The notes under the pieces were generated by a model. It worked only from the letters and a program-made list of their open reading frames with translations. It made no database searches and was not told the DNA's origin. DNA of 64,000 nucleotides from a virus: positions 24,236 through 88,235 of the IMG/VR virus record IMGVR_UViG_3300028029_000006; one strand, given 5' to 3'. The translations under genes and the position numbers were made by a program. Positions 39,820-49,219 of the stretch are shown piece after piece. Position 1 is the first letter of the stretch, and each line of letters opens with the position of its first letter.

Positions 39820-41268
39820 ATGACTGTAGGTTTCGATACTTTTTTTTCAAAGATAGCAGACGCTAAATTTGTTGTTAAAAATATTTTAACAAATAAGACT
39901 ATTAAGATATTCGAAATTAAGATACCACCTGGATCATTATATGATTTAATGACTATACCTGAAGTATCTGAGGCTGATATTAAGCATTCTATTTTGAAGG
40001 GTGTATTGCGAAATAGGATGAATTCTGGGGATGTAATTATCACAGATAGTAATATAAATTTAGTTCAATATAACACTGAGTTTATAAGGTTTATGCAGGG
40101 CAGCGGGATTGAATTCGGGGTAAGAGATCATGAAAATGACGAGAGGATTATTACTAATTTAATCGATCTTCCTGCAGCTGTAAACGGTGTAATCACTTTA
40201 AATGAAGATAATATTTTATATAAGATTAAAGGTCAGGTGGATCTTGGGTCTAATAAAATATTAGTCACAGCGATTGGTACTCAGTTTGAAGGTAGAGGTC
40301 CAAATTTTGATGCATTAATTGGAAATGTGGCAGGTCCATTATTGGATTTTACCAAATCTACAACAATATTGAATTTAGTAATAATAAATCCGTCTGGAAT
40401 TGGATTAAAAATTGATTCTATTAATGATACATCTATATTAGAATTTGTATGGTTTTTTAATTGTCAGAAAGCCGCAGTTTTTCAAAATATTAATGCTTTA
40501 TTAATTCAGGAACCTTTAATAGGTTTTTGTTTTGATGGTATTACGGTTAGCAATATTAATGCGGTTCAAATTTCAGGTTTTTTGTTTACAAATACTAATT
40601 TTGGATCAGCTATTGGTTTAACAATTCCTCCAAATAGTACTTTTAACTCTGTCAATTTACATAACTCTTCATTTATTCCAAAAGCTGGGCAAATTGCATT
40701 AAGTATTGATCCAACTGTTATTATTGGGGACAGAGGAATTATTCATAATAACACATTTGACGCTTTAGGTCCTGGGACACCGTTGGTAGGTATTGATAAG
40801 AAAAGATTATTATGGAGATTTTCAAATAATTCAGGCATTAGTGATAGTTTAGCTATTGGTTCTATTGGTTACGCATCATCAACTCCAACAGAAGTAACTA
40901 TAAATACTATTAATGAATGGGTGTTAATTAATGGTCCATATGTATTATCAGATGATAGTGAAAGGTTTTCTTTACAAAATGGTAATAGTATTATTTATGA
41001 TGGATATTTTACTCATCAATCAGAGATATCTGCGATTATAAACATCAAAGCGGCAACTGGTAATAGTAATTTGCAGTTAGCAATTGGTATTAACGGAATT
41101 CCAGATCCAGATTCAATTATAGAATCTGAAGTTAAATCAACTTATTTATCATATTCATTATTATCAATAGCTACATTGGAACAAGATGATGATGTTGGTG
41201 TTTTTGTTAGGAATATTACCAACACAAATAATTTTGATATAAGAACAATTAGACTTATAGCTTTATAG
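39820..41268 (+). CDS. Structural protein: anchor-like domain, beta-helix and C-terminal jelly-roll-like domain
   Basis: N-terminus paralogous to 23677..24279; DLPAAVNGVITL start of helix; C1q/BclA-like end. Confidence 0.5.
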   Translation: MTVGFDTFFSKIADAKFVVKNILTNKTIKIFEIKIPPGSLYDLMTIPEVSEADIKHSILKGVLRNRMNSGDVIITDSNINLVQYNTEFIRFMQGSGIEFGVRDHENDERIITNLIDLPAAVNGVITLNEDNILYKIKGQVDLGSNKILVTAIGTQFEGRGPNFDALIGNVAGPLLDFTKSTTILNLVIINPSGIGLKIDSINDTSILEFVWFFNCQKAAVFQNINALLIQEPLIGFCFDGITVSNINAVQISGFLFTNTNFGSAIGLTIPPNSTFNSVNLHNSSFIPKAGQIALSIDPTVIIGDRGIIHNNTFDALGPGTPLVGIDKKRLLWRFSNNSGISDSLAIGSIGYASSTPTEVTINTINEWVLINGPYVLSDDSERFSLQNGNSIIYDGYFTHQSEISAIINIKAATGNSNLQLAIGINGIPDPDSIIESEVKSTYLSYSLLSIATLEQDDDVGVFVRNITNTNNFDIRTIRLIAL

Positions 41269-41277
41269 GATATATTT

Positions 41278-42171
41278 ATGAGAGTTTTAGTGATGTCTGG
41301 GGGAGGAAGTAAAGGAGCATTTCAAACAGGTGTTTTAAAGCATTTATTAGGTGATTTAGAAAAGCATTACGATTCAATTTCTGGGGTTTCGGTTGGGGCG
41401 ATTAATGCTGCTTATTTAGGAATGTTTAAAAAAGGTCAAGAAAAAGAATGTATAGAAAATTTAGAGAAGTTTTGGAATAATTTATCTACCAAAGATATTT
41501 ATGTCGGTTGGGTTAATTTACCAAAACCATTTTATTATTTAGGTTACTTAGTCTCTTTATTTAAATCTAGTTTATACAACAGTACACCATTAGAAAATTT
41601 AATTAAAAATAATTATAATCTTAAAAAACTATCATTAAGTGGCAAAACAGTTAGAGTGGGTGCTGTTAGTGTTAATACAGGTAAGTACAGATTATTCGAT
41701 CAGACCTATGAGAATTTTATTGATGCAATTTTGGCTTCATCATCATTTCCAATGGCTTTCAAACCAATTAAGATTGAAGGTGAATTTTGGACGGATGGTG
41801 GGGTTAAAGAAATCACTCCATTAAAATCAGCTTTTTTGGAAAAAGATATAGATGAAATTGATGTTATTATGACCTCTCCAAAAGGAGAAGGAATTCGTAA
41901 TTATGAGAAGCCACCTAAATTATTAAAGCTGGGACCACGTATTTTAGATATAATGTCAGAAGAAATTTTAGATAATGATCTTGATAAAGCTTTAAAAATC
42001 AATGAGTTAATCAGAAATGGCGTGGTTATTCCAGGAAAAAAATATGTTCCTATCAATATTTACCGCCCTACCAAGCAATTTAAGTTTAGTTCTTTATCTT
42101 TTGAGCAAGAAGATATTCAACCAATGATGGCTGCCGGATATAAACGAGCAAAAGAAATAACAGGTGCATAA
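41278..42171 (+). CDS. Patatin-like phospholipase
   Basis: SGGGSKG, GVSVG (GxSxG) and DGG motifs. Confidence 0.92.
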   Translation: MRVLVMSGGGSKGAFQTGVLKHLLGDLEKHYDSISGVSVGAINAAYLGMFKKGQEKECIENLEKFWNNLSTKDIYVGWVNLPKPFYYLGYLVSLFKSSLYNSTPLENLIKNNYNLKKLSLSGKTVRVGAVSVNTGKYRLFDQTYENFIDAILASSSFPMAFKPIKIEGEFWTDGGVKEITPLKSAFLEKDIDEIDVIMTSPKGEGIRNYEKPPKLLKLGPRILDIMSEEILDNDLDKALKINELIRNGVVIPGKKYVPINIYRPTKQFKFSSLSFEQEDIQPMMAAGYKRAKEITGA

Positions 42172-42196
42172 AATTATATTAATTTGAGGTTTAACT

Positions 42197-42514
42197 ATGG
42201 TATTTCCTGATCCTGATAATAAAATTACATATGGTAAAAGATTTAATTTCTTTTTTGATGGCACCGCCGCTGGGGCAGCTTTTCCTATTAAAGCAGATTT
42301 CCTTACAAAAGTAAGAGGCCCATCTGTTAGTTTCTACATTAGAAATACTGGAGGTAACACTTTAGAATATTCTTTTAATGGAAATCATCTTGATGGAAGA
42401 ATAACAGCTGCTCAAGCAGAAAGGTTTTTTCCAAACAGATCTATTTCCAAAATATGGTTTAGAAATGTTGGTGGTAGTACTACAGTTGAAGTTGAAGGTT
42501 GGGTTGTGGCTTAG
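42197..42514 (+). CDS. Small beta-rich putative virion protein
   Basis: 105 aa; GAGG SD. Confidence 0.5.
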   Translation: MVFPDPDNKITYGKRFNFFFDGTAAGAAFPIKADFLTKVRGPSVSFYIRNTGGNTLEYSFNGNHLDGRITAAQAERFFPNRSISKIWFRNVGGSTTVEVEGWVVA

Positions 42515-42529
42515 GTTATATCTACCTTT

Positions 42530-43627
42530 ATGAGGCAGATATATTTAGATTCAAATGCTCATCTTCCAATGAGTAAAAATACATTAAAAGTCTATCAAGA
42601 TTTTAATAATTCAATTGCGGGTCATGGAAACCCATCTTCTCCATCTGTTCCTGGAAGGGCTGCTGCAAGTGCGCTTGAGTCTTCTAGAAGGAAAATTGCA
42701 AAATTAATTGGGGCTGAGGATGCTTCACAAATCATTTTTACCAACGGAGGCACTCAAGCATGCCATTGGGGCATGAGAATGCTGTCAACCCGGTTTATTG
42801 GTCTAACATACATATCTATAATTGAACATCCAGCTGTAACTCAAGGATGTGAAGCTGAAAAAGGTTTAATTTATTCTAAATTAGATGTTACATCTGATGG
42901 AGTGGTATTATTTTCAAAAAATATTGATCCAGGATCTGTTGCTTGTACACATATACAAAATGAAATTGGTACAATTCAAGACATTAAAAGTATTAATTAT
43001 TCAAGTTGCGGTGTGTTTTCAGATTTTTCTCAATCTTTAGGTAAAATCCCTGTTAATGTTAAAGATTTAGGAGTAGATATAGGGGTTTTTTGTTCTCATA
43101 AATTTGGTGGGCCAAGTGGTGTGGGTTTTATTTATATTAAGAACCATAGTTCATGGATTGAATTTGGTTCTGGATCAAGATATTTTATGGATATTCCAGG
43201 GACTCCAAATGTTGGTGGAATTGTAGCTACTGCTGCAGCTTTAGAGGAAGCTTTAAGTACATTAAATATAAGAACTGAGAAAATGTTATCATTTCAAAAT
43301 GCTTTGGAAAAAAGTTTGATTGATTTTAATTTTGAAGTTATTGGTAAAAATGTCTCAAGAAGTCCTAATACTACATTTGTTAAAACTCCAACAAATGTAA
43401 ATGCTTTAAGTTTAATGCTTGAACTAGGAACTTTAGGAATTCATTGCGGATTGGGGAGTGCGTGTGGATCTCTTTATACAGGAGGAAGTCCATTAATGAA
43501 TGCATTGGGAAGAAAAAGCGATGGCCAAGAGTATCTTAGATTTTCTCAGTTTGGAGATTATGATGATAAAGATGCTAAATTTGTAATCTCTAAAATTGAA
43601 AAGGTGTTAAATGTCTTATCTCGTTGA
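42530..43627 (+). CDS. iscS: Cysteine desulfurase (IscS/NifS family, PLP-dependent)
   Basis: YLDSNA, GNPSS, EHPAV, NEIGTIQ, DFSQ, SHKFGGP (PLP Lys) and GSAC (catalytic Cys). Confidence 0.92.
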   Translation: MRQIYLDSNAHLPMSKNTLKVYQDFNNSIAGHGNPSSPSVPGRAAASALESSRRKIAKLIGAEDASQIIFTNGGTQACHWGMRMLSTRFIGLTYISIIEHPAVTQGCEAEKGLIYSKLDVTSDGVVLFSKNIDPGSVACTHIQNEIGTIQDIKSINYSSCGVFSDFSQSLGKIPVNVKDLGVDIGVFCSHKFGGPSGVGFIYIKNHSSWIEFGSGSRYFMDIPGTPNVGGIVATAAALEEALSTLNIRTEKMLSFQNALEKSLIDFNFEVIGKNVSRSPNTTFVKTPTNVNALSLMLELGTLGIHCGLGSACGSLYTGGSPLMNALGRKSDGQEYLRFSQFGDYDDKDAKFVISKIEKVLNVLSR

Positions 43628-44088
43628 AAAAAACTTACTATAATGGGTATCGCTGTTCTTGTTGTGAACAATCTTATGAGGAAAGTAATGAATATGATAC
43701 ATTAAAAAAAGCTTTAGAGGAATACCCTGAAATCCCGCCTAAAAACCAACAAGAATATAAAATAAAAGAAGTCATCATTACTAATAATGAAAATCAAGAA
43801 GAAATTGCGGCTTTAACAGTTGATTGGATTCACAACCCTCAAAATCGCAGATATAATTATACTCAATATTATGGTTATAAAGGAAGTGAAGATTATTTTT
43901 GCATTGTAGTTAAAGGAGATTCAGAAGAAGTAATTGATAAATCTTGGGATGAAATTAATAAAGATGTTATTTTAAAAGATGATGAAAATAAAATTAGAAG
44001 ATTAAAAGAACAATTAGCTGAAGCTGTTAAAGGATTAAATTACTTAAAAATTAATGTGAAGGTGGAGTTTGAAAAGGATAAAACATAA
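43624..44088 (+). CDS. Hypothetical protein
   Basis: 154 aa; CSCC near N-terminus. Confidence 0.5.
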   Translation: MKKTYYNGYRCSCCEQSYEESNEYDTLKKALEEYPEIPPKNQQEYKIKEVIITNNENQEEIAALTVDWIHNPQNRRYNYTQYYGYKGSEDYFCIVVKGDSEEVIDKSWDEINKDVILKDDENKIRRLKEQLAEAVKGLNYLKINVKVEFEKDKT

Positions 44089-44425
44089 TAACACAATAAA
44101 TCAAAAATTACATAAAGATTTTTGCGAAGTTTGTTGCTGTACTGATAAAGAAACTTTACAACATCATCATATTGTTGAACAAACAGAGGTTAACACCTCT
44201 AATAACTCATACAATTACGCTGTTCTCTGTAGCAATTGTCATAATTTATTCCATCTTGGAGATAGATTAAAAATAATTGGCGTTTATCCAAGTACAGAAA
44301 AACATGGCAGAACATTAGTTTATGAACTTGACGGTATTTCCAATGTTCCAGGAATTACTGAGCCTTATTTTAAATACAAAAACCCTCAAATGAAGTTATA
44401 TAATAAAGACAATGGCAAAAAATAA
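44069..44425 (+). CDS. HNH-family nuclease
   Basis: CEVC...HHI...N..N..VLCSNCH...H. Confidence 0.7.
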   Translation: MKRIKHNNTINQKLHKDFCEVCCCTDKETLQHHHIVEQTEVNTSNNSYNYAVLCSNCHNLFHLGDRLKIIGVYPSTEKHGRTLVYELDGISNVPGITEPYFKYKNPQMKLYNKDNGKK

Positions 44426-44681
44426 AACAGAATCAGAAACTAGAAAAAGTATTATTAAACAAGCTTTAAGGTTTTACGGCCCAGAAGCTGAAAAGCAGGT
44501 AAGAATGCATTTTGATAAATATGATAAAATTCTTAAATCAACAAAAAATGAATCTGAACATAAACATATTAAACATTTAGCATTGGCAGAATTATATAAA
44601 ATGATGGGTTTTTATCAAGGGTTATCTGTTGATGGAGAAGAATTAATTCCACCAAAAGAGACTCCAACAACAAAATCATAG
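44412..44681 (+). CDS. Hypothetical protein
   Basis: 89 aa ORF. Confidence 0.5.
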   Translation: MAKNKTESETRKSIIKQALRFYGPEAEKQVRMHFDKYDKILKSTKNESEHKHIKHLALAELYKMMGFYQGLSVDGEELIPPKETPTTKS

Positions 44682-44727
44682 GCATAGATTAATATAATTG
44701 TGCAATTACAGTAAGTTAGGAGTGCAT

Positions 44728-44955
44728 ATGGAAGAAGAAGTTTTTTTTGGGGAAGTTATTTGGTTTAATGTTGAATGTGGATACGGTTTTATTTCATGGG
44801 AAAAAGATGAAATAAAACAAGATGACATGTTTTGTTATTATACTGATATTAATCAGGATGGTTTTAAACAGTTAAAAGCTCAAGAAAAAGTTTCTTTTGA
44901 GTTAGGATCTAATAATTCTGGAAAACCCAAAGCTGTTAATATCACAATTCTTTAA
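44728..44955 (+). CDS. Cold-shock domain protein
   Basis: GEVIWFN...GYGFI...DMFCYYTDI..DGFKQL...EKVSF...KPKAVNI; AGGAG before ATG 44728. Confidence 0.88.
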   Translation: MEEEVFFGEVIWFNVECGYGFISWEKDEIKQDDMFCYYTDINQDGFKQLKAQEKVSFELGSNNSGKPKAVNITIL

Positions 44956-45326
44956 TGAAAAATAAAAAAACAGAATTCTGGATTTGTAATATTTCAGAAA
45001 TGAATGTTACTTTAAGAGATTTAGCTATATCTGTTCCTGCTAAAAAGGGAATTAACCTTTTATCTAAACATTATTCATTTAGTTATGATCAATTAAAAAA
45101 ATCAATGACTACTGGATCTATTTTTATTAAAAGAGATAAAATTAAGGTTAGCAAAGGTCCACCTCAAGAGAACACTCCTCCTGATCAAACTGTTTGTAAA
45201 TACCCAATAGTTATGAGAAGGAAAATTTATGTTCCTGAAATAGAAGAAGTTACATTTGATGAATTTAATTTTTCTGACGAGCAATTTGCAGATGAAATGT
45301 CAAAAGAGTTTGATGAAGACTTATAA
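44955..45326 (+). CDS. Hypothetical protein, weakly related to the anchor-like domain of 23677/39820
   Basis: FWICN...SVPAK..INLL...QLKKSM..GSI pattern. Confidence 0.45.
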   Translation: MKNKKTEFWICNISEMNVTLRDLAISVPAKKGINLLSKHYSFSYDQLKKSMTTGSIFIKRDKIKVSKGPPQENTPPDQTVCKYPIVMRRKIYVPEIEEVTFDEFNFSDEQFADEMSKEFDEDL

Positions 45327-45343
45327 TATAATCTTATTAAGAC

Positions 45344-45679
45344 ATGACTATAGGAATATCAGCTAATCCAGGACAAACTGTAATTGTCGCTCTTCAAATA
45401 ATTGATTTGAATGGTGAGAGAATTGACGGTTATGTTCCTCAAATAGATTTTGTTATTAACCCAGCAGGATCTCAATTTACTGGTTATCCTGAAAATATGG
45501 CTAGATTATCTGAAGGTCTCTACAACTCTTCCATTGTTATTCCAAGTGGATTAGCAGCAGTAGGAACTTATTTGGTTAGTGTAAGTTGGTCACATCCAAA
45601 TACAGGATTTACTCAATCAGAATTATTTTTAATCAATGCTGCTCTTCCTTTTGGTACTAGCAGTGTTTCTCCAGCTTAA
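45344..45679 (+). CDS. Small Ig-like virion protein
   Basis: MARLSEGLY...GTYLVSVSW parallels the N-terminal domain of the next ORF; one DGY. Confidence 0.5.
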   Translation: MTIGISANPGQTVIVALQIIDLNGERIDGYVPQIDFVINPAGSQFTGYPENMARLSEGLYNSSIVIPSGLAAVGTYLVSVSWSHPNTGFTQSELFLINAALPFGTSSVSPA

Positions 45680-45726
45680 TTAATTATATTATTATTTTTA
45701 TATTATTTTTTTGATATAAAGTTGTA

Positions 45727-46626
45727 ATGGCTATTAAATCTAGATCTCAGATAATTCAATCCACAGATGTTGCGCAATTAAAAGCACAATTCAAGGACTC
45801 ATCATGTCAACCTGCAGATCTTGATGCTTTCCCTAGTATAACCATCAATCAGCCTTCTGGTAACATTTCTGTTGGTCCTACCAGCATAGGGGTTGTTAGG
45901 CTGGACACTGGATTGTATTCTTTTGATTATGATGTTGGTTGTAACCCTTCCTTAGGTGTTTATTCAGATATTTGGGAAGGATTATTGAATGGAATTCCTG
46001 TTAAAGGAGAATTTAATTTTATTGTTCATAATACACAAATGCCATTTGTTAATTCGGATGGATATAAATCCGTTGGCGATGACCCAGGAATGTGTTTTAG
46101 TCAGTTAGCAATTTGCAATATCAATAGACTTTTAAAAAGTTTAAGGGGAAGATTGGATTCTCGTGGTAAATCTAAATTTTGCGATGAGTTTGGAAATCCA
46201 GTTTATGTAGATTGTGATATTTTTTCTCCAGATCAATTGGTTACTTTTCTAGAACTAGGGTTATCAATGTTTAATGAGATTCCTCATTTTACAAACTTCA
46301 CTTTTGAAGACACTCAAATCATTGATCAATTCAGAGAAGTTTTAGTTCAAGGGGCGACTATTTATGCTTTATCAAGCAAAGCTTTATTGGAAAGAGGGAG
46401 GGAATTTTCATTAACTGATAATGGAATTAACTTTGTTCCTCCTGGAGTTAGCGATATAATGTCAACTCAATATAGTGCAGAGATGACCCAAAACTTTGAG
46501 AAAATTAAGCTTATTAAGTCTCAAATGAAACCATTCCCAATCGCACTCGGTACCTTGACTTTTTCAACGAGCCGAAACCCAGCTATTGCACGTTTGCGCC
46601 ACCTTAGATCAAGACAATTGTTCTAA
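45727..46626 (+). CDS. Putative neck/head-tail adaptor protein
   Basis: Ig-like N-terminus plus helical adaptor-like C-terminus (EFSLTDNGINF.PP); synteny. Confidence 0.55.
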   Translation: MAIKSRSQIIQSTDVAQLKAQFKDSSCQPADLDAFPSITINQPSGNISVGPTSIGVVRLDTGLYSFDYDVGCNPSLGVYSDIWEGLLNGIPVKGEFNFIVHNTQMPFVNSDGYKSVGDDPGMCFSQLAICNINRLLKSLRGRLDSRGKSKFCDEFGNPVYVDCDIFSPDQLVTFLELGLSMFNEIPHFTNFTFEDTQIIDQFREVLVQGATIYALSSKALLERGREFSLTDNGINFVPPGVSDIMSTQYSAEMTQNFEKIKLIKSQMKPFPIALGTLTFSTSRNPAIARLRHLRSRQLF

Positions 46627-46667
46627 GATATTGTTTGAGTTCACTTTCATTTGATATATAAATATGT

Positions 46668-47620
46668 ATGGACAAATCAAAATTAGAATATATATATAAT
46701 GAGATTGGAACCATTGTTGGAACAGCTAAGTATTTCAATTGTTCGTATGGCAAAATACGTTACCAACTAGATAAATATAACATTGAATACCAATTACAAA
46801 GAAATACAAAAAATATTTCCTTTCAAGATCTTAAAGAAGTTTATGATAATACTCAAAGCATTCGTGAAGTGGGAAAATATTTTTCTATGTCACATGAAAA
46901 AGCTAGACAGTTATTAAAAAAATATAACTATATAAATAAACCTGTAATTTATAATTGTAATAAAGATTTTTTTTTAATAATTCCGAAAAATCTTTTTATT
47001 GGGCTGGGTTTATTGCTGCAGATGGATGTGTATTAGATAATAAATCACCTTCTAAATCATTATCTATTGGATTATCTAAAAAAGATAAAAAACATTTAAA
47101 TAAATTTAAACAAGATATCGAAGCTGAAAATCCAATACATGATTGTTTAGTTAAAAATAGTAAAAGAAATTCAAATTGGAATGACACATGGAAAAGCGAA
47201 ATAAAAATAACATCAAATCAAATTTGTAATGATTTAATAAAATTCAATATTGTTCCTCGTAAATCTTTAACATATACATTTCCAAAATGGCTTATTAATC
47301 ATGAATTAGTTCATCATTTTATGCGAGGGTATTTTGATGGGGATGGTTCATTTTATGAGTCCAAATTGACCCAAGGAAGAATGGTTAAGCAAGTAAACTT
47401 TTCACTTCGGGGAACAATAAAATTTCTTAAAGTATATCGATCAATCCTAGAACGAGAATGTAACTTAAAAAAGCGCACCAAGGATATTCGTATTAACAGC
47501 GGAATAGGTGTCTTAGAATATGGTGGAAATGGTGTTATTAAACAAATTGTTAAGTTTTTATACAAAGATACCGTAACTCACCTTGATAGAAAAAAAGAAA
47601 TTATAAAAAAAATGTTATAA
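46668..47620 (+). pseudogene. Frameshifted LAGLIDADG endonuclease (T9 tract at 46967-46975)
   Basis: The -1 frame from 46976 reads NNSEKSFYWAGFIAADG...FMRGYFDGDG with no stop up to 47620. Confidence 0.85.
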
Positions 47621-47648
47621 TCACATTATTACTATTACGGGAGAAGTT

Positions 47649-48527
47649 ATTAAATACACTATTTATTTACATAGAAATAAGATCAACAACAAAGTTTATG
47701 TTGGTTTAACTATTAAAACTATTAAAATTCGTTGGATTGAACATAAAAAAAGGGCTAAATACCATTGTAAATTAGATAATGGTAATTATTTTCAAAGAGC
47801 TATTGTTAAATATGGTTCTGAAAATTGGGAATCTGAATTATTGGAGATTTGCTTTTCTTTATCAGAAGCAGAATATGCTGAAATTAAATGGATTTCACAT
47901 TTTAAATCTAACCAAAAAGAGTTTGGTTATAATTTAACTTCTGGAGGAAATGTATCTCAGTCAAGTACTGATCCTAGAGTTAAAGAGAAAATCTCAAAAA
48001 CAATGATTGAGAAATGGAAAAATTCAGAATATAAAAATAATTTTAAATCCAAAATTAAGGATTGGCATAAAAACAATGATAATCCATTTTTAGATAAGCA
48101 TCATTCCGAAGAATCGAAATTAAAAATCGGTTTAAAATCAAAGAATTGGCATAAAAACAACGATAATCCTTTTTTAGGTAAGAAGCATTCTAATGAATCT
48201 AGGAAAAAAATGAGTGAAGCAGCTAAAAAACGATGTAAAGATCCTAATTGGGTATGTCCATTATTAAGAAAACCAATATCTGATGAAACTAGAAATAGAA
48301 TGAGTAAATCAGGAAAAAAACGTTTCAATAAAAAAGAATATAAAGAAAAATTAAATGATATTAAAGTTAAATTATTTGAAGCTGCCAAAATTTGCAAAAC
48401 ACAAATAGAGATTTCCAAAAAAATAGGATGTACACCGTCTAATATTAGTTATTTAATAAAGCGTCTAGATATAAAAGACGAAATTAAAAATTTACTAAAA
48501 GAAAACTCTAAAAAGATTGATATATAA
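47649..48527 (+). CDS. GIY-YIG homing endonuclease with NUMOD3 repeats
   Basis: In frame upstream of the track start: KYTIYLHRNKINNKVYVGLT; GYNLTSGG; NPFLGKKHSNESRKKMS. Confidence 0.85.
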   Translation: MKYTIYLHRNKINNKVYVGLTIKTIKIRWIEHKKRAKYHCKLDNGNYFQRAIVKYGSENWESELLEICFSLSEAEYAEIKWISHFKSNQKEFGYNLTSGGNVSQSSTDPRVKEKISKTMIEKWKNSEYKNNFKSKIKDWHKNNDNPFLDKHHSEESKLKIGLKSKNWHKNNDNPFLGKKHSNESRKKMSEAAKKRCKDPNWVCPLLRKPISDETRNRMSKSGKKRFNKKEYKEKLNDIKVKLFEAAKICKTQIEISKKIGCTPSNISYLIKRLDIKDEIKNLLKENSKKIDI

Positions 48528-48533
48528 TCATGT

Positions 48534-48836
48534 ATGAATGAATTTATTAACATAATATCTACTCTTAAACATAAAGCTCGCCAGACTGGTAGAACAATTG
48601 CTATGCTTGAATCAATGAGATATATTGAAAATGCGGTTTTTATTACTATGACTGCTAGTGAAGCTTTTCAATATGAAAAGGAATTTAAAATTAAAGCTTG
48701 TTCAATTAACAACATGAAAAAATTGATAGGGTCTAATTCTGTTCTTTTTTATGATCATTTTGTTATTGAAAATATGGCGAATGAACTATTAAAATCTCAT
48801 AATAAATTAAATAAAATCAAATTAATGTTAGAGTAG
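48534..48836 (+). CDS. Hypothetical protein with degenerate P-loop-like ARQTGRT
   Basis: 100 aa ORF. Confidence 0.45.
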   Translation: MNEFINIISTLKHKARQTGRTIAMLESMRYIENAVFITMTASEAFQYEKEFKIKACSINNMKKLIGSNSVLFYDHFVIENMANELLKSHNKLNKIKLMLE

Positions 48837-48899
48837 TTAATAAATTCTTATATAGATAAAGGGCTAAATAATTAGTTTAAAACACAAAGTGAAATTGGA

Positions 48900-49208
48900 T
48901 TGGAAATGAAAAAACCTAACTCAACCTATTACTCATCATTTGAGTCTGCTCAAATAAGCATGTTAAAATACATGAAGACAAATGATCTTCATTTAACTCC
49001 AATTCATAAACTAAATAGACATAGTAATATTATGTTTTTTGGTTGGAAAGATGTAAACTCTAACTTTATTTGGAATATTTATAAAGGTGATTTCGAAAAG
49101 TGGCATGGGTATAAAACTTATGTAAAAGATAATATGTGCAGAAGTAAAGATTTTTCTGATACTATTAATAATATACTTAAATTAAGTTTTAATATTCTTT
49201 ATAGGTAA
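48900..49208 (+). CDS. Hypothetical protein
   Basis: 102 aa ORF. Confidence 0.4.
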   Translation: MEMKKPNSTYYSSFESAQISMLKYMKTNDLHLTPIHKLNRHSNIMFFGWKDVNSNFIWNIYKGDFEKWHGYKTYVKDNMCRSKDFSDTINNILKLSFNILYR

Positions 49209-49219
49209 ATAGGATAATT

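Noticed and set aside
48534-48836. Terminase call from ARQTGRT
   Set aside because: Only 100 aa, lacks the Walker A Lys and has no nuclease domain
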